A DNA stretch of 64,000 nt. Origin: an uncultured archaeon. GTDB lineage: Archaea > Altiarchaeota > Altiarchaeia > IMC4 > SCGC-AAA252-I15. This document shows, piece by piece, positions 8,364-16,921 of the stretch. Within the stretch, counting starts at the first letter, position 1. Every line of letters begins with the position of its first letter. The translations under genes and the position numbers were made by a program. The notes beneath the pieces were generated by a model, which was not told the origin of the DNA, did not search any database, and saw only the letters and a list, made by a program, of their open reading frames with translations. The stretch covers positions 16,323 through 80,322 of the forward strand of contig CAZPLO010000004.1 in NCBI GenBank assembly GCA_964587725.1. The letters run 5' to 3'.

Positions 8364-9761
8364 ATGAGCGGGCTGTTCGGGGTGATATGCGAAGGAGACT
8401 GCAGCGAACACCTGTTCCTGGGCGTGGACTACCACTCCCACCTCGGCACCCAGTACGGCGGAATGGCGGTGCTAAACGGCAATGGCGTGATAAAGAAGAG
8501 GATACACGACATAAGCCGAAGCCAGTTCAAGTCAAAGTTCTACTCAGAATACGAGGGGCTCGGGGGGAAGGCGGGGGTGGGTGTCATAAGTGACAGCAAC
8601 GAGCAGCCGCTGGTTTTCGAATCCAAGTTCGGGTCCTACGCCCTCTGCACCAACGGGAGGATAAGGAACAAGAGGGAGCTCGCCTCCAGGATGATAGAGG
8701 AGGGTGAGACCTTCGCAGAATACTCAAGCGGCGGCGTAAACACCACCGAACTGGTCGCCACCCTCATCGGCGAAGGCGACACAATATCGGCGGGGATAGA
8801 GCGTGTGTTCGACTCCATAGACGGGTCCATATCCCTGCTGCTCCTGAACCGGGACGGCGTATACGCGGCGAGGGACCGGCACGGCCGGTTCCCGCTGGTG
8901 GTGGCGGAATGCGAAAACGGGTGGGCTGTCGCCTCCGAAACGTGCGCATTCCCCAACCTGGGATACGAGGTCAGGAAATACGTGGGCCCGGATGAGGTGG
9001 TGCTGCTGACCCCGTCCGGGATGAAGGAGGTGAGGGATGCCAGCCCCGGAAGCAGAGTATGTTCTTTCCTGTGGATATACACGGGATTCCCGGCCTCGAA
9101 CTACGAGGGCATTAACGCGGAGGTGGTGCGGGAGCGCAGCGGCATGGCGCTGGCGAAACGCAACAACGTGGAAGCGGATTTTGTGGCGGGGGTGCCGGAC
9201 TCCGGAACCGCACACGCCATAGGTTACGCGCTGGGCTCGAAGCTCCCGTTCAGGCGGCCGCTGGTGAAATACACCCCCGGCTACGGGAGAAGTTACATTC
9301 CCCCGTCGCAGAAGACCAGGGACCAGATTGCGTTGATGAAGCTCATACCTAACAGGGACGTCATAGACGGGAAACGCATAATACTCTGCGAGGACTCCAT
9401 CGTCAGGGGCACGCAGCTGAAAAACTACACAGTCAACAAACTCTTCGACAGCGGCGCCAAGGAGGTGCATGTGCGGGTGGCTTGTCCGCCGCTGATGTTC
9501 CCGTGCAAGTACAACCTGTCCACGAAGACCGTGGACGAGCTGGCCGCCCGCAGGGCCATAAAAGAAATCGAAGGCGACGTGGAAGATGTCAGCGAATACC
9601 TGGACCACCGCTCCGAAAAATACGGGAGGATGGTGAAGTGGATACGCAGGGACTTGGGCGTGACGTCGCTGGAGTACCAGCACCTCGAAGACATGATAGA
9701 GGCCATAGGGCTGCCGCGGGAGAAACTGTGCACCCACTGCTGGATGGGCGGAAACGACTAG
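8364..9761 (+). CDS. Amidophosphoribosyltransferase (PurF)-like protein lacking the N-terminal Cys nucleophile
   Basis: 465 aa. The PRTase domain motif [13 protein letters not shown] is present and the N-terminal Ntn-type domain is homologous, but it begins MSGLFGV rather than MCGIxG, and HSHLGTQ stands in place of LQHRGQ. Confidence 0.65.
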   Translation: MSGLFGVICEGDCSEHLFLGVDYHSHLGTQYGGMAVLNGNGVIKKRIHDISRSQFKSKFYSEYEGLGGKAGVGVISDSNEQPLVFESKFGSYALCTNGRIRNKRELASRMIEEGETFAEYSSGGVNTTELVATLIGEGDTISAGIERVFDSIDGSISLLLLNRDGVYAARDRHGRFPLVVAECENGWAVASETCAFPNLGYEVRKYVGPDEVVLLTPSGMKEVRDASPGSRVCSFLWIYTGFPASNYEGINAEVVRERSGMALAKRNNVEADFVAGVPDSGTAHAIGYALGSKLPFRRPLVKYTPGYGRSYIPPSQKTRDQIALMKLIPNRDVIDGKRIILCEDSIVRGTQLKNYTVNKLFDSGAKEVHVRVACPPLMFPCKYNLSTKTVDELAARRAIKEIEGDVEDVSEYLDHRSEKYGRMVKWIRRDLGVTSLEYQHLEDMIEAIGLPREKLCTHCWMGGND

Positions 9762-10351
9762 GGCCAGAGGGTTAGCCTCTGGTCCTTGATGACGTCGGGT
9801 GTCGTGAACTCGACGACCGTGGTGGAGCCTGTACGGGGTATGAACTTTATTTTGACCTCCTTGTTCTCGGCTATGCCGCCTGCGGAGCCGCCGCTGCAGT
9901 CGGCGCAGCTGAACTTGACCTTGAGTATGTCGCCCCGGCTCAAATAGCCGAGGTCGTAGTCCGGCCCCTGCTTCACATAGTATACTACGAACGTCTGCGT
10001 GTCCGGGGCGAGGTCGCCGTCTGAGACGTTGCCCCCGTATTCGAGGCTCTGCGATGTCGTGGAGGTGTCGACCAACAGGACGGTGTGGTTGAGGTTCAAT
10101 GCCTGGCTTCCCGCCTGCAGCTTCGCAATCACCTCGAAGTATTCGAGGTCGTGGTCGTTGCCGTCCGTGGCCATCACCGACAGCACCTCCATGCCGGTGG
10201 CCACGCCCTCCTCGGTCTGGGAGCCGGTGGTCAACGCCCTCTGCTGAAGGCTCCCGGAGGTGTTGATTAAGACGGCCGCTGCCACGGCAGCCACCAGTAT
10301 TACCGCTATGAATATGATGAGCGTGCCTATGCCCATCAAACCCCGGTCCAT
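9758..10351 (-). CDS. flaB: Archaellin (archaeal flagellin) with class III signal peptide
   Basis: From the internal ATG: [56 protein letters not shown], the canonical archaellin N-terminal domain. The extended ORF start at 10405 is probably not used. Confidence 0.75.
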   Translation of the reverse strand: MDRGLMGIGTLIIFIAVILVAAVAAAVLINTSGSLQQRALTTGSQTEEGVATGMEVLSVMATDGNDHDLEYFEVIAKLQAGSQALNLNHTVLLVDTSTTSQSLEYGGNVSDGDLAPDTQTFVVYYVKQGPDYDLGYLSRGDILKVKFSCADCSGGSAGGIAENKEVKIKFIPRTGSTTVVEFTTPDVIKDQRLTLWP

Positions 10352-10413
10352 GTAAAAGGATTGTGCGTCCGGGAATAAAAGAACTATATATTGGAGGAAC
10401 CACATGTATTACC

Positions 10414-10611
10414 ATGGCCGAGATTCCCGTTGCGCCGATGGCGAGGATACTTAGGAAGGCCAACATCGACCGGGTCAGCGACGAAGCGGCCGTCGCCTTA
10501 CGCGACGTATTGGAGGAGTACGCGGTGGGGGTGGCGGAGCGCGCCGGCAAACTGGCCCGCCACGCAGGCAGGGTTACGGTGAAGGCGGACGACATCAAAC
10601 TCGCGAAATAA
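10414..10611 (+). CDS. Archaeal histone (HMf family)
   Basis: 66 aa, MAEIPVAPMARILRKANIDRVSDEAAVALRDVLEEYAVGVAERAGKLARHAGRVTVKADDIKLAK, a typical histone fold. Start taken at the internal ATG of ORF 10363..10611. Confidence 0.8.
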   Translation: MAEIPVAPMARILRKANIDRVSDEAAVALRDVLEEYAVGVAERAGKLARHAGRVTVKADDIKLAK

Positions 10612-10712
10612 TTACTTAAGCTCCGGGCCCTGGTGTGCGAAGTCAACGACCATGCGACTCGGCGGAGTATGCCCTGCAAGTATGCAGTAGTCTAGGTCGT
10701 CTGAGTGAAGCC

Positions 10713-11024
10713 TCATCTCATGTATGAGTTCCTTGGGGTTCTGAAGAACGGCTTGCTCCAGTCAGGCCGTGAGGTGATTTCCTCAAAAAACCGTTTGTTC
10801 TCCGGTTTGGAAACCACCTCATCCTTTATCCGGATATATTCTCTCATAACTCTCTCGTCTTCATCAGACACCTCTCCAGGATTCGTCGACGCCAGCACGC
10901 GGCTGGACTTCAGACCCGACTTCACACCCTCCAAGACCTGCAGGTAGTAGTTGCGTGACAGCTGCTCCAACGGCAGATTCTTAAGGTCATCCCGCCGACC
11001 GGCTGCTTCCTTATGCATGTTCAC
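10713..11024 (-). CDS. Hypothetical protein, 4-nt overlap with upstream GlmU-like gene (co-transcribed)
   Basis: 103-aa ORF of balanced composition. Its start overlaps the stop of 11021..12241. Confidence 0.45.
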   Translation of the reverse strand: MNMHKEAAGRRDDLKNLPLEQLSRNYYLQVLEGVKSGLKSSRVLASTNPGEVSDEDERVMREYIRIKDEVVSKPENKRFFEEITSRPDWSKPFFRTPRNSYMR

Positions 11025-12241
11025 CCCGTGTGGATGTTGTTTTTGACGACGCTGCCCGCGTCCACGTAGGCGTTGGGGTAGATTATGCGGCCAGGCATTA
11101 TGGAAACGTTTATGCCGGTTTTCACGTTGTCGCCCATGAGGCAGCCGAATTTCCTGCGGCCGGACTTAACCATCTCGTCCCTGACTTCGATGGCTATCTC
11201 TCCCTCGTCGAAACGGAGGTTAGCGACCTTCGTGCCGGCGCCGAAGTTGCAGCCCTCCCCGATGATGCTGTCGCCTAAGTAGCTGAGGTGGCCGACGTGG
11301 GTGCCGGACATGAGTATGCTGTTCTTTATCTCCACTGCATTCCCGACTTTGCAGCCGTCCATGACGACAGTGTAGGGGCGGATGTAGCAGTTCGGCCCCA
11401 CCACGCAGTCCCTTCCGATGTAGACCGGACCCTCTATGTATGCGCCTGATTTTATGAGAGTGCCGGCGCCGACGGAGACGTCGCCCTTCAACACCGCATA
11501 GTCTTCGACGACGGCCTCCTTGCTGACCCCGTGTTTTATGGACTTCATCACGATCTCGTTCGCGTCTAGCAGGTTCCACGGGACGCCGATGTCAATCCAC
11601 TGGCCTCCGCACGTGAACCCGTGCACCCGACCATCTTTTATGAGCTTCTTTATGGCGTCTGTGAGCTCGTACTCCATCCTGCTGGATTTTTTGATGCCCC
11701 TGAGGACGGGGAATATGCTGGTGTTGAAGACGTAGACTCCTGCGTTCGCCAGGTTGCTGGCCGGCCTCTTAGGCTTCTCCGTCAGCGACTTCACCTTCGT
11801 CCTACCGAGTTCGACGATGCCGTATGCGCTGGGGTCGCGCACCTCCACCAACGACATGCTCGTCTCCGACTTATGGTTTCTGTGCTGCTCAAGCAGCGTG
11901 GACAGGAACCCGCGGGTTACGAACGAGTCCGCGTTCATGGCTATGAACTCGCCCTTCAACCGGCCCTCGGCCACGGCGAGGGCGTCGCCGGTGCCCAACT
12001 GCTCCCTCTGCCCCATGTAATTGAGCTTCATGCCCCTGAACTTGGAGCCGACGCAGCCTTCAATAACCTCCCTCCTGTAGCCGACCACCAGGTGAACGTT
12101 TTTCACGCCCACGCAGTCGAGGGCCTCCAGGTTCCATTCGAGAATCGGCTTCCCCGCCACGGGCAGCATGGGCTTAGGCCTCGTCACGGTCAACGGCCTC
12201 ATCCGGGTGCCCTCGCCCGCCGCCAAAATGACCGCATCCAT
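11021..12241 (-). CDS. Bifunctional sugar-1-phosphate nucleotidyltransferase / acetyltransferase (GlmU-like, archaeal type)
   Basis: N-terminal MDAVILAAGEGTRMRPLTVTRPKPMLPV (NTP-transferase G-loop), followed by a C-terminal left-handed beta-helix of hexapeptide repeats. Confidence 0.7.
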   Translation of the reverse strand: MDAVILAAGEGTRMRPLTVTRPKPMLPVAGKPILEWNLEALDCVGVKNVHLVVGYRREVIEGCVGSKFRGMKLNYMGQREQLGTGDALAVAEGRLKGEFIAMNADSFVTRGFLSTLLEQHRNHKSETSMSLVEVRDPSAYGIVELGRTKVKSLTEKPKRPASNLANAGVYVFNTSIFPVLRGIKKSSRMEYELTDAIKKLIKDGRVHGFTCGGQWIDIGVPWNLLDANEIVMKSIKHGVSKEAVVEDYAVLKGDVSVGAGTLIKSGAYIEGPVYIGRDCVVGPNCYIRPYTVVMDGCKVGNAVEIKNSILMSGTHVGHLSYLGDSIIGEGCNFGAGTKVANLRFDEGEIAIEVRDEMVKSGRRKFGCLMGDNVKTGINVSIMPGRIIYPNAYVDAGSVVKNNIHTG

Positions 12242-12270
12242 CTTATATGAAAAGGTATCAGGGGTTTAAA

Positions 12271-14694
12271 TCAAGCGGTGAACTCCAGCGACAGCTCCTT
12301 CCCGTCTCTGTACTCTACTTCCATTATTCTGCCGGTGCCTTTGAAGTCCGCCTCCACCGCCTTAACTAGGTCGTGGACCTCCTTGGGGGCTGAGACCACA
12401 ACCTTCGACAGCTCCTTCCCGAGGCTGATGCCGTTGTCGCTCTTGTATTTGCGGGTCTCGGTGACTAGTTCCGCGAGCAGGTCGCCGTACTCCAGGGCCT
12501 TCAAATCCTCCCACCCGTCTTCGGGCTCCGGCCACCGCGTGTTGTGGACTGACTTCACGTTCTCCCTGCCGCGGAAGTATGTCTGGTAGATTTCCTCGGT
12601 TATGTGCGGCATTATCGGAGCCATCATCTTCACCACCGCCAGGAGACCGTGGTATAACGTGTACTGTGCGGCCTTCCTCGACTCTTCGCCGCGTACGTCG
12701 GGTTTGTAGAGGCGCTGCTTAACCATCTCCAGATAGAGGTCGCAGAGTATCTGCCAGAAGAACTTCTCCACCTCCGCCTTCGTCTTGCTGTACTCGTATC
12801 TCTCGAAGGATTCGGTGGAGTCCCGTATCACCTGGGAGAGGCGGGTCAGCAGCCACTTGTCCGCCACCTCCAGGTCCGGTTCACTTCCGTCGTAGTCCTC
12901 CAGGTGCATGAACACGAAACGGGACGCGTTCCATATCTTGGTTATGAATTTCTCGCCTGTTACGAGGTCTTTCTCGCTGAACGGCAGGTCGTCTCCGAGT
13001 TTGCAGCCCGCCGCCCAGAAACGCAGGGAATCGGCTGAATACTTTTCAATCATCTCCTGCGGCCCCACCACGTTGCCTTTGCTCTTGCTCATCTTCCTGC
13101 CGTGCGGGTCCTGGGCGTGGCCGGAGATGACCACGTCCCTCCACGGGTTCACGCGGTCGTGCATCCTCGACTTCACCACCGTATTGAACAGCCAGAAGGT
13201 TATGATGTCGTGGGCCTGCGGCCGCAGCGTCATCGGATATATTTTACCGTATACCGGATGGTCCTTGAACAAATCCGCGGCGAGGTGCGGGGTCAGCGAA
13301 GACGTCGCCCACGTGTCCAAGACGTCCTTCTCGGGCGTGATTTCCTTGCTGCCGCACTTCGGGCACTCCTTCACCGGCGGGTCGTCGGTGAGTGGGTCCA
13401 CCGGCAGGTCCTCTTTTCTGGCTATCACGGGCTCGTCGCACTTTGAACAATACCATACCGGGAAGGGGACGCCGAAGTACCGCTGCCTTGAAATGAGCCA
13501 GTCCCACTGGAGGCCGTTGACCCAGTGCTCGTAGCGGTGGCGCATGTAGTCGGGGTACCAGTTCAGCTGGCGGCCCCACTCCAGCATCTCGTCCTTCAAG
13601 TCCAGGTATTTGATGAACCACTGCCTGCTCTTCAGGTACTCTATCTCGGTGCCGCATCTTTCGTGGACGTTGACGGTGTGGGTTATCTTCTCCTGCCGCA
13701 CCAGCAGCCCCGCATCCTTCAAATCCTCTATGATGGCTTCCCGCGCCTCCGAAACCTTCACCCCCTCGTATTTGTCGGCGAGGGCGGTCATTTTTCCGCC
13801 GGGGGTTATAGCCACCTTTATTGGTAGGTCGTGGGCCTTCTGCCACTCCATGTCGGTCTGGTCTCCGAAGGTGCAGCACATCACGATTCCCGTTCCTTTC
13901 TCGGGGTCGGCGCGGGGGTCCGGGAGTATGGGGACTTCGAAGCCGAACAGCGGCACCTCCGCTTTCTTGCCTTCCATGCCCTGATACCTTTCGTCTTCGG
14001 GGTGGTAGAATACGGCCACGCACGCGGGCAGCAGCTCCGGCCGCGTGGTCGCTATGATGAGGTCTTTTCCGTCGACCTTGAAGACTATGTCGTTGAAGTA
14101 TGACTGAAGCTCCTTGTCCTCCGCCTCCACCTGGCTGATGCCGGTCTGGCATTCGGGACACCACATGGTGGGCGCGTCCTTGCGGTATTCCCTGCCCATG
14201 TCATACAGTTCTATGAAGGATTCCTGGCTGATTCGTTGCGAGTGCTCGTCTATGGTTGCGTAGAAGACGTTTAAATCGCAGCTCATCCCTATGCGGGTCC
14301 AGTCTTCGATGTATTTGGGCAGCAGCTCCTCCCTCAGGGTTTCCATGCACACGCGGTTGAATTCAGACCTGTCCATGTCCCGCGCGCGGATGTCCTTCAT
14401 GCGTTCCACTAGGCGTTCCGTGGGTATGCCGTTGTTGTCGACTCCGAAGGGGTAGAATACGTTGTACCCTCGCATCCTCTTGTATCTTACGATGAAGTCC
14501 TGCTGGCTGTAGCTGAACGCGTGGCCTAGGTGCATTTTGCCGGAGACCGTCGGCGGCGGGGTGTCGACGCTGTATACCTCGCCTTCTCCGTCCGGGTCGA
14601 ACCGGTACACGCCCTCGTCCTCCCAGAACCTCTGCCACCTGGGCTCGGAATCTTTCGGGTCGTATTTCTTGCCTGCAGCCATGTTTTGCACCAA
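12271..14694 (-). CDS. valS: Valyl-tRNA synthetase
   Basis: 807 aa with HLGHA (HIGH), FIVRYKRMRGYN and KMSKSKGNVV (KMSKS) motifs. The N-terminus PRWQRFWEDEGVY is ValRS-like. Confidence 0.8.
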   Translation of the reverse strand: MVQNMAAGKKYDPKDSEPRWQRFWEDEGVYRFDPDGEGEVYSVDTPPPTVSGKMHLGHAFSYSQQDFIVRYKRMRGYNVFYPFGVDNNGIPTERLVERMKDIRARDMDRSEFNRVCMETLREELLPKYIEDWTRIGMSCDLNVFYATIDEHSQRISQESFIELYDMGREYRKDAPTMWCPECQTGISQVEAEDKELQSYFNDIVFKVDGKDLIIATTRPELLPACVAVFYHPEDERYQGMEGKKAEVPLFGFEVPILPDPRADPEKGTGIVMCCTFGDQTDMEWQKAHDLPIKVAITPGGKMTALADKYEGVKVSEAREAIIEDLKDAGLLVRQEKITHTVNVHERCGTEIEYLKSRQWFIKYLDLKDEMLEWGRQLNWYPDYMRHRYEHWVNGLQWDWLISRQRYFGVPFPVWYCSKCDEPVIARKEDLPVDPLTDDPPVKECPKCGSKEITPEKDVLDTWATSSLTPHLAADLFKDHPVYGKIYPMTLRPQAHDIITFWLFNTVVKSRMHDRVNPWRDVVISGHAQDPHGRKMSKSKGNVVGPQEMIEKYSADSLRFWAAGCKLGDDLPFSEKDLVTGEKFITKIWNASRFVFMHLEDYDGSEPDLEVADKWLLTRLSQVIRDSTESFERYEYSKTKAEVEKFFWQILCDLYLEMVKQRLYKPDVRGEESRKAAQYTLYHGLLAVVKMMAPIMPHITEEIYQTYFRGRENVKSVHNTRWPEPEDGWEDLKALEYGDLLAELVTETRKYKSDNGISLGKELSKVVVSAPKEVHDLVKAVEADFKGTGRIMEVEYRDGKELSLEFTA

Positions 14695-14821
14695 GGATAG
14701 AGAATATGGAATGTGTTATTAAAAAACAGCTCCATGGGAGGAGTATGAATTATTTTGAATTTTTTCAAAATAATTTGAATTTTATCGCAGATAATTTAAA
14801 TACGCGGGTGCTATAGTTTAC

Positions 14822-15355
14822 TTGAAGGTGGACGCAAGGCACAAGAGGGGAATGGAGGTCGTGGTGGCCGTATCTCTCACGGCAGCCCTCGTCTTCCTCG
14901 TGAACCACCCCATCAGCACCGAAGTCAAAGCCTACCTCACCACCGCCGTCGGCGTGATACTGATTCTGTTCGCCTACTTCACGGGGATGATGGGGGTTGT
15001 TGTCGGGGTGGGGGCGGCGGCGGTGGGGTTCGTCCTCAGCCTGCCGGTCATAGGCTCCATGTACGCGCTCATAGCCGCTAACATAGTGTTCTTCTACAAC
15101 CGGGTGATAGGGTACGCCTTCAGGAAACTGGTGGACCGCGTTCCAGCCATACAGAAGCTGAAATACCGGGTTGAGACCAGCGAAACCTACGGGATGATAG
15201 CGAACGCCGTCAACAGCTTCCTCCACAAAGTGGGGATGAAGAAGGTGAAGAGGATACGGTGCTACGAAGTCGTCAGCTGCCCACACTGCATGCAGGACAT
15301 ACCCGTTGACAGTAGAGTGTGCATGCACTGCGGCAAGGAGGTCCTGCTCAGATAG
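14822..15355 (+). CDS. Membrane protein with C-terminal zinc-ribbon (CPHC...CMHC)
   Basis: Several TM helices followed by CPHCMQDIPVDSRVCMHCGKEV. Confidence 0.5.
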   Translation: MKVDARHKRGMEVVVAVSLTAALVFLVNHPISTEVKAYLTTAVGVILILFAYFTGMMGVVVGVGAAAVGFVLSLPVIGSMYALIAANIVFFYNRVIGYAFRKLVDRVPAIQKLKYRVETSETYGMIANAVNSFLHKVGMKKVKRIRCYEVVSCPHCMQDIPVDSRVCMHCGKEVLLR

Positions 15356-15680
15356 ACCTCCAGTATTCCCTCAGCTCCTCCGGGGTTTTGAAGTAGTGTT
15401 CGAACCAGTCGCCTTCGCCGTGGGCGAGACAGGACTCCGGGTCGTAGCCCCTGCACATTTCAGGGTGGTCCCCGTGGATGCTGCATCTGCCGTCTGCTGT
15501 GAGGGCCGTGCATGGGGTGATGAACTCCACGTACCAGTCGCCTTCGTCGTCTATGTACACCGCAATGTTTTCATGGAGTAGAAGCCACACAAGCTCGTCC
15601 AAATCCTCATCGTCTTCGGGCTCGTCAACTCCAACCGAAACATGGCGGCAGCACAGCGTGCAGCCCACACAGTCCACCAT
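15348..15680 (-). CDS. YkgJ/UPF0153-family Fe-S/Zn-binding protein
   Basis: CVGCTLCC (CxxCxxCC) signature near the N-terminus, with additional Cys/His downstream. Confidence 0.55.
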   Translation of the reverse strand: MVDCVGCTLCCRHVSVGVDEPEDDEDLDELVWLLLHENIAVYIDDEGDWYVEFITPCTALTADGRCSIHGDHPEMCRGYDPESCLAHGEGDWFEHYFKTPEELREYWRSI

Positions 15681-15699
15681 GCCATAGATTAGGGGGGAT

Positions 15700-15712
15700 G
15701 GGCTTTATAAGA
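15700..15712 (+). promoter_or_regulatory. TATA box (gggctttataag) about 25 nt upstream of the leaderless start at 15733
   Basis: AT-rich element at the canonical archaeal spacing. Confidence 0.45.
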
Positions 15713-15732
15713 CAAAAACTCAATGGATAACA

Positions 15733-16350
15733 ATGAATCTCAGGTGCATGCTGGCTGGATTCATTGCATTAGCACTCATCGTGTCAGGGTGCGTCGGCTC
15801 CGGAGGCGACGCCACCACCACCACATCCTCAACAACCGATTCAACCGTTGTCACCCCCTCCACAACCACGTCCACGACGGCAACAACCACCTCCTCCACA
15901 ACCTCTTCCACGGTCTCCGCAGAATACGCGGGCGACTGCGTGCAGGCTCCGAAACCCGGGTGCGAGTGCATACAGTGGGTGTGCCCCTCCACCAGCACCG
16001 TAACCACCTCCACTTCGACGTCGACCACCTGCGTGACCGTACCGTATCCGAGCTACACTCCCAGGGCGAGGAACGTGCAGCTCACCATCAGGGGCGACCG
16101 GTTCCGGCCGGACGAAGTCACCGTCTTCCTAGGCGACACGGTGATAGCTAACATAACCAACGAGCAGGGCCTCCACAAGATAAGGGAGACATACTCCAAC
16201 AAGACCATTATCCTGCCGCCGGGCGAAAGCCACGAGCTCATATTCTACGCCACGGAGGAAGGCGACTATTTGATGACCTGCAACCCCTTCTGCAAAGACC
16301 CCTTGGAGGCGGTCATACACGTGGTTGAACCCTACAGGCGGGTGTGCTGA
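15733..16350 (+). CDS. Secreted Thr-rich protein with cupredoxin-like C-terminal domain
   Basis: Signal peptide, a TTTTSSTTDSTVVTPSTTTSTTATTTSSTTSS linker, then GDTVIANITNEQGLHKI...PPGESHELIFYATEEGDYLMTCNPFCKDPLEAVIHV, which resembles the cupredoxin fold pattern but with an atypical ligand set. Confidence 0.45.
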   Translation: MNLRCMLAGFIALALIVSGCVGSGGDATTTTSSTTDSTVVTPSTTTSTTATTTSSTTSSTVSAEYAGDCVQAPKPGCECIQWVCPSTSTVTTSTSTSTTCVTVPYPSYTPRARNVQLTIRGDRFRPDEVTVFLGDTVIANITNEQGLHKIRETYSNKTIILPPGESHELIFYATEEGDYLMTCNPFCKDPLEAVIHVVEPYRRVC

Positions 16351-16351
16351 C

Positions 16352-16825
16352 TCACCGGAATATGGTGGCCATCACCTTGATGTCCCCTATGATGTCCTTG
16401 ATGATGGTCATGTTGATGTTCCTCGACGTCGCCACCCCCATAATCCTGTGGGAGTCCATCACCGGCACCTGCCGGAAGTCGTGTTCGTTCATCGTCAACG
16501 CCACCCTGTAGAGGGTCGTCGACGGCTCCATCACCTTCACCGGAGACGTCATGACATCCTTTAGCGTCGTCTTCTTGGCGTCGCAGCCCTTAGCCAGCAG
16601 ACGGTACACCACGTCCCGTGACGTGACGATTCCCACGATGTTCGGGTGTCGTAGAACTTCTGGTCTGGCTCCGTCGCCGGACTTGTCCACGACCAACACG
16701 CTGTCAACCTTCTTTTCAGCCATCATCTTGCACGCGGACTCCACGGTGGACTCCGGCGTCAAAATGATGGGCGTCTCCAGTGTTATTTCGCCCACAGTCC
16801 TGGAACTGCCTTTACACTGATCCAT
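16352..16825 (-). CDS. CBS-domain pair protein
   Basis: Two CBS units (VDSVLVVDKSGD..., VMDSHRIMGVATSRNI). Confidence 0.7.
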   Translation of the reverse strand: MDQCKGSSRTVGEITLETPIILTPESTVESACKMMAEKKVDSVLVVDKSGDGARPEVLRHPNIVGIVTSRDVVYRLLAKGCDAKKTTLKDVMTSPVKVMEPSTTLYRVALTMNEHDFRQVPVMDSHRIMGVATSRNINMTIIKDIIGDIKVMATIFR

Positions 16826-16921
16826 AGACCACCATCGTTAACCCATGTGAATGGGACGTAAAAAAAGGTTTTAAACGGTTTGCGGGCGGTTTTTTAGCGG
16901 GTAACACTTAATAGTACCCTA

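Noticed and set aside
8724-10679. 651-aa minus-strand ORF spanning the PurF-like and archaellin region
   Set aside because: Arg/Pro/Gly/His-rich composition typical of antisense or out-of-frame reading of GC-rich DNA. It overlaps two well-supported genes.
13244-14164. 306-aa ORF inside valS (other frame)
   Set aside because: R/G/P-rich junk. valS has the HIGH/KMSKS motifs in its own frame.
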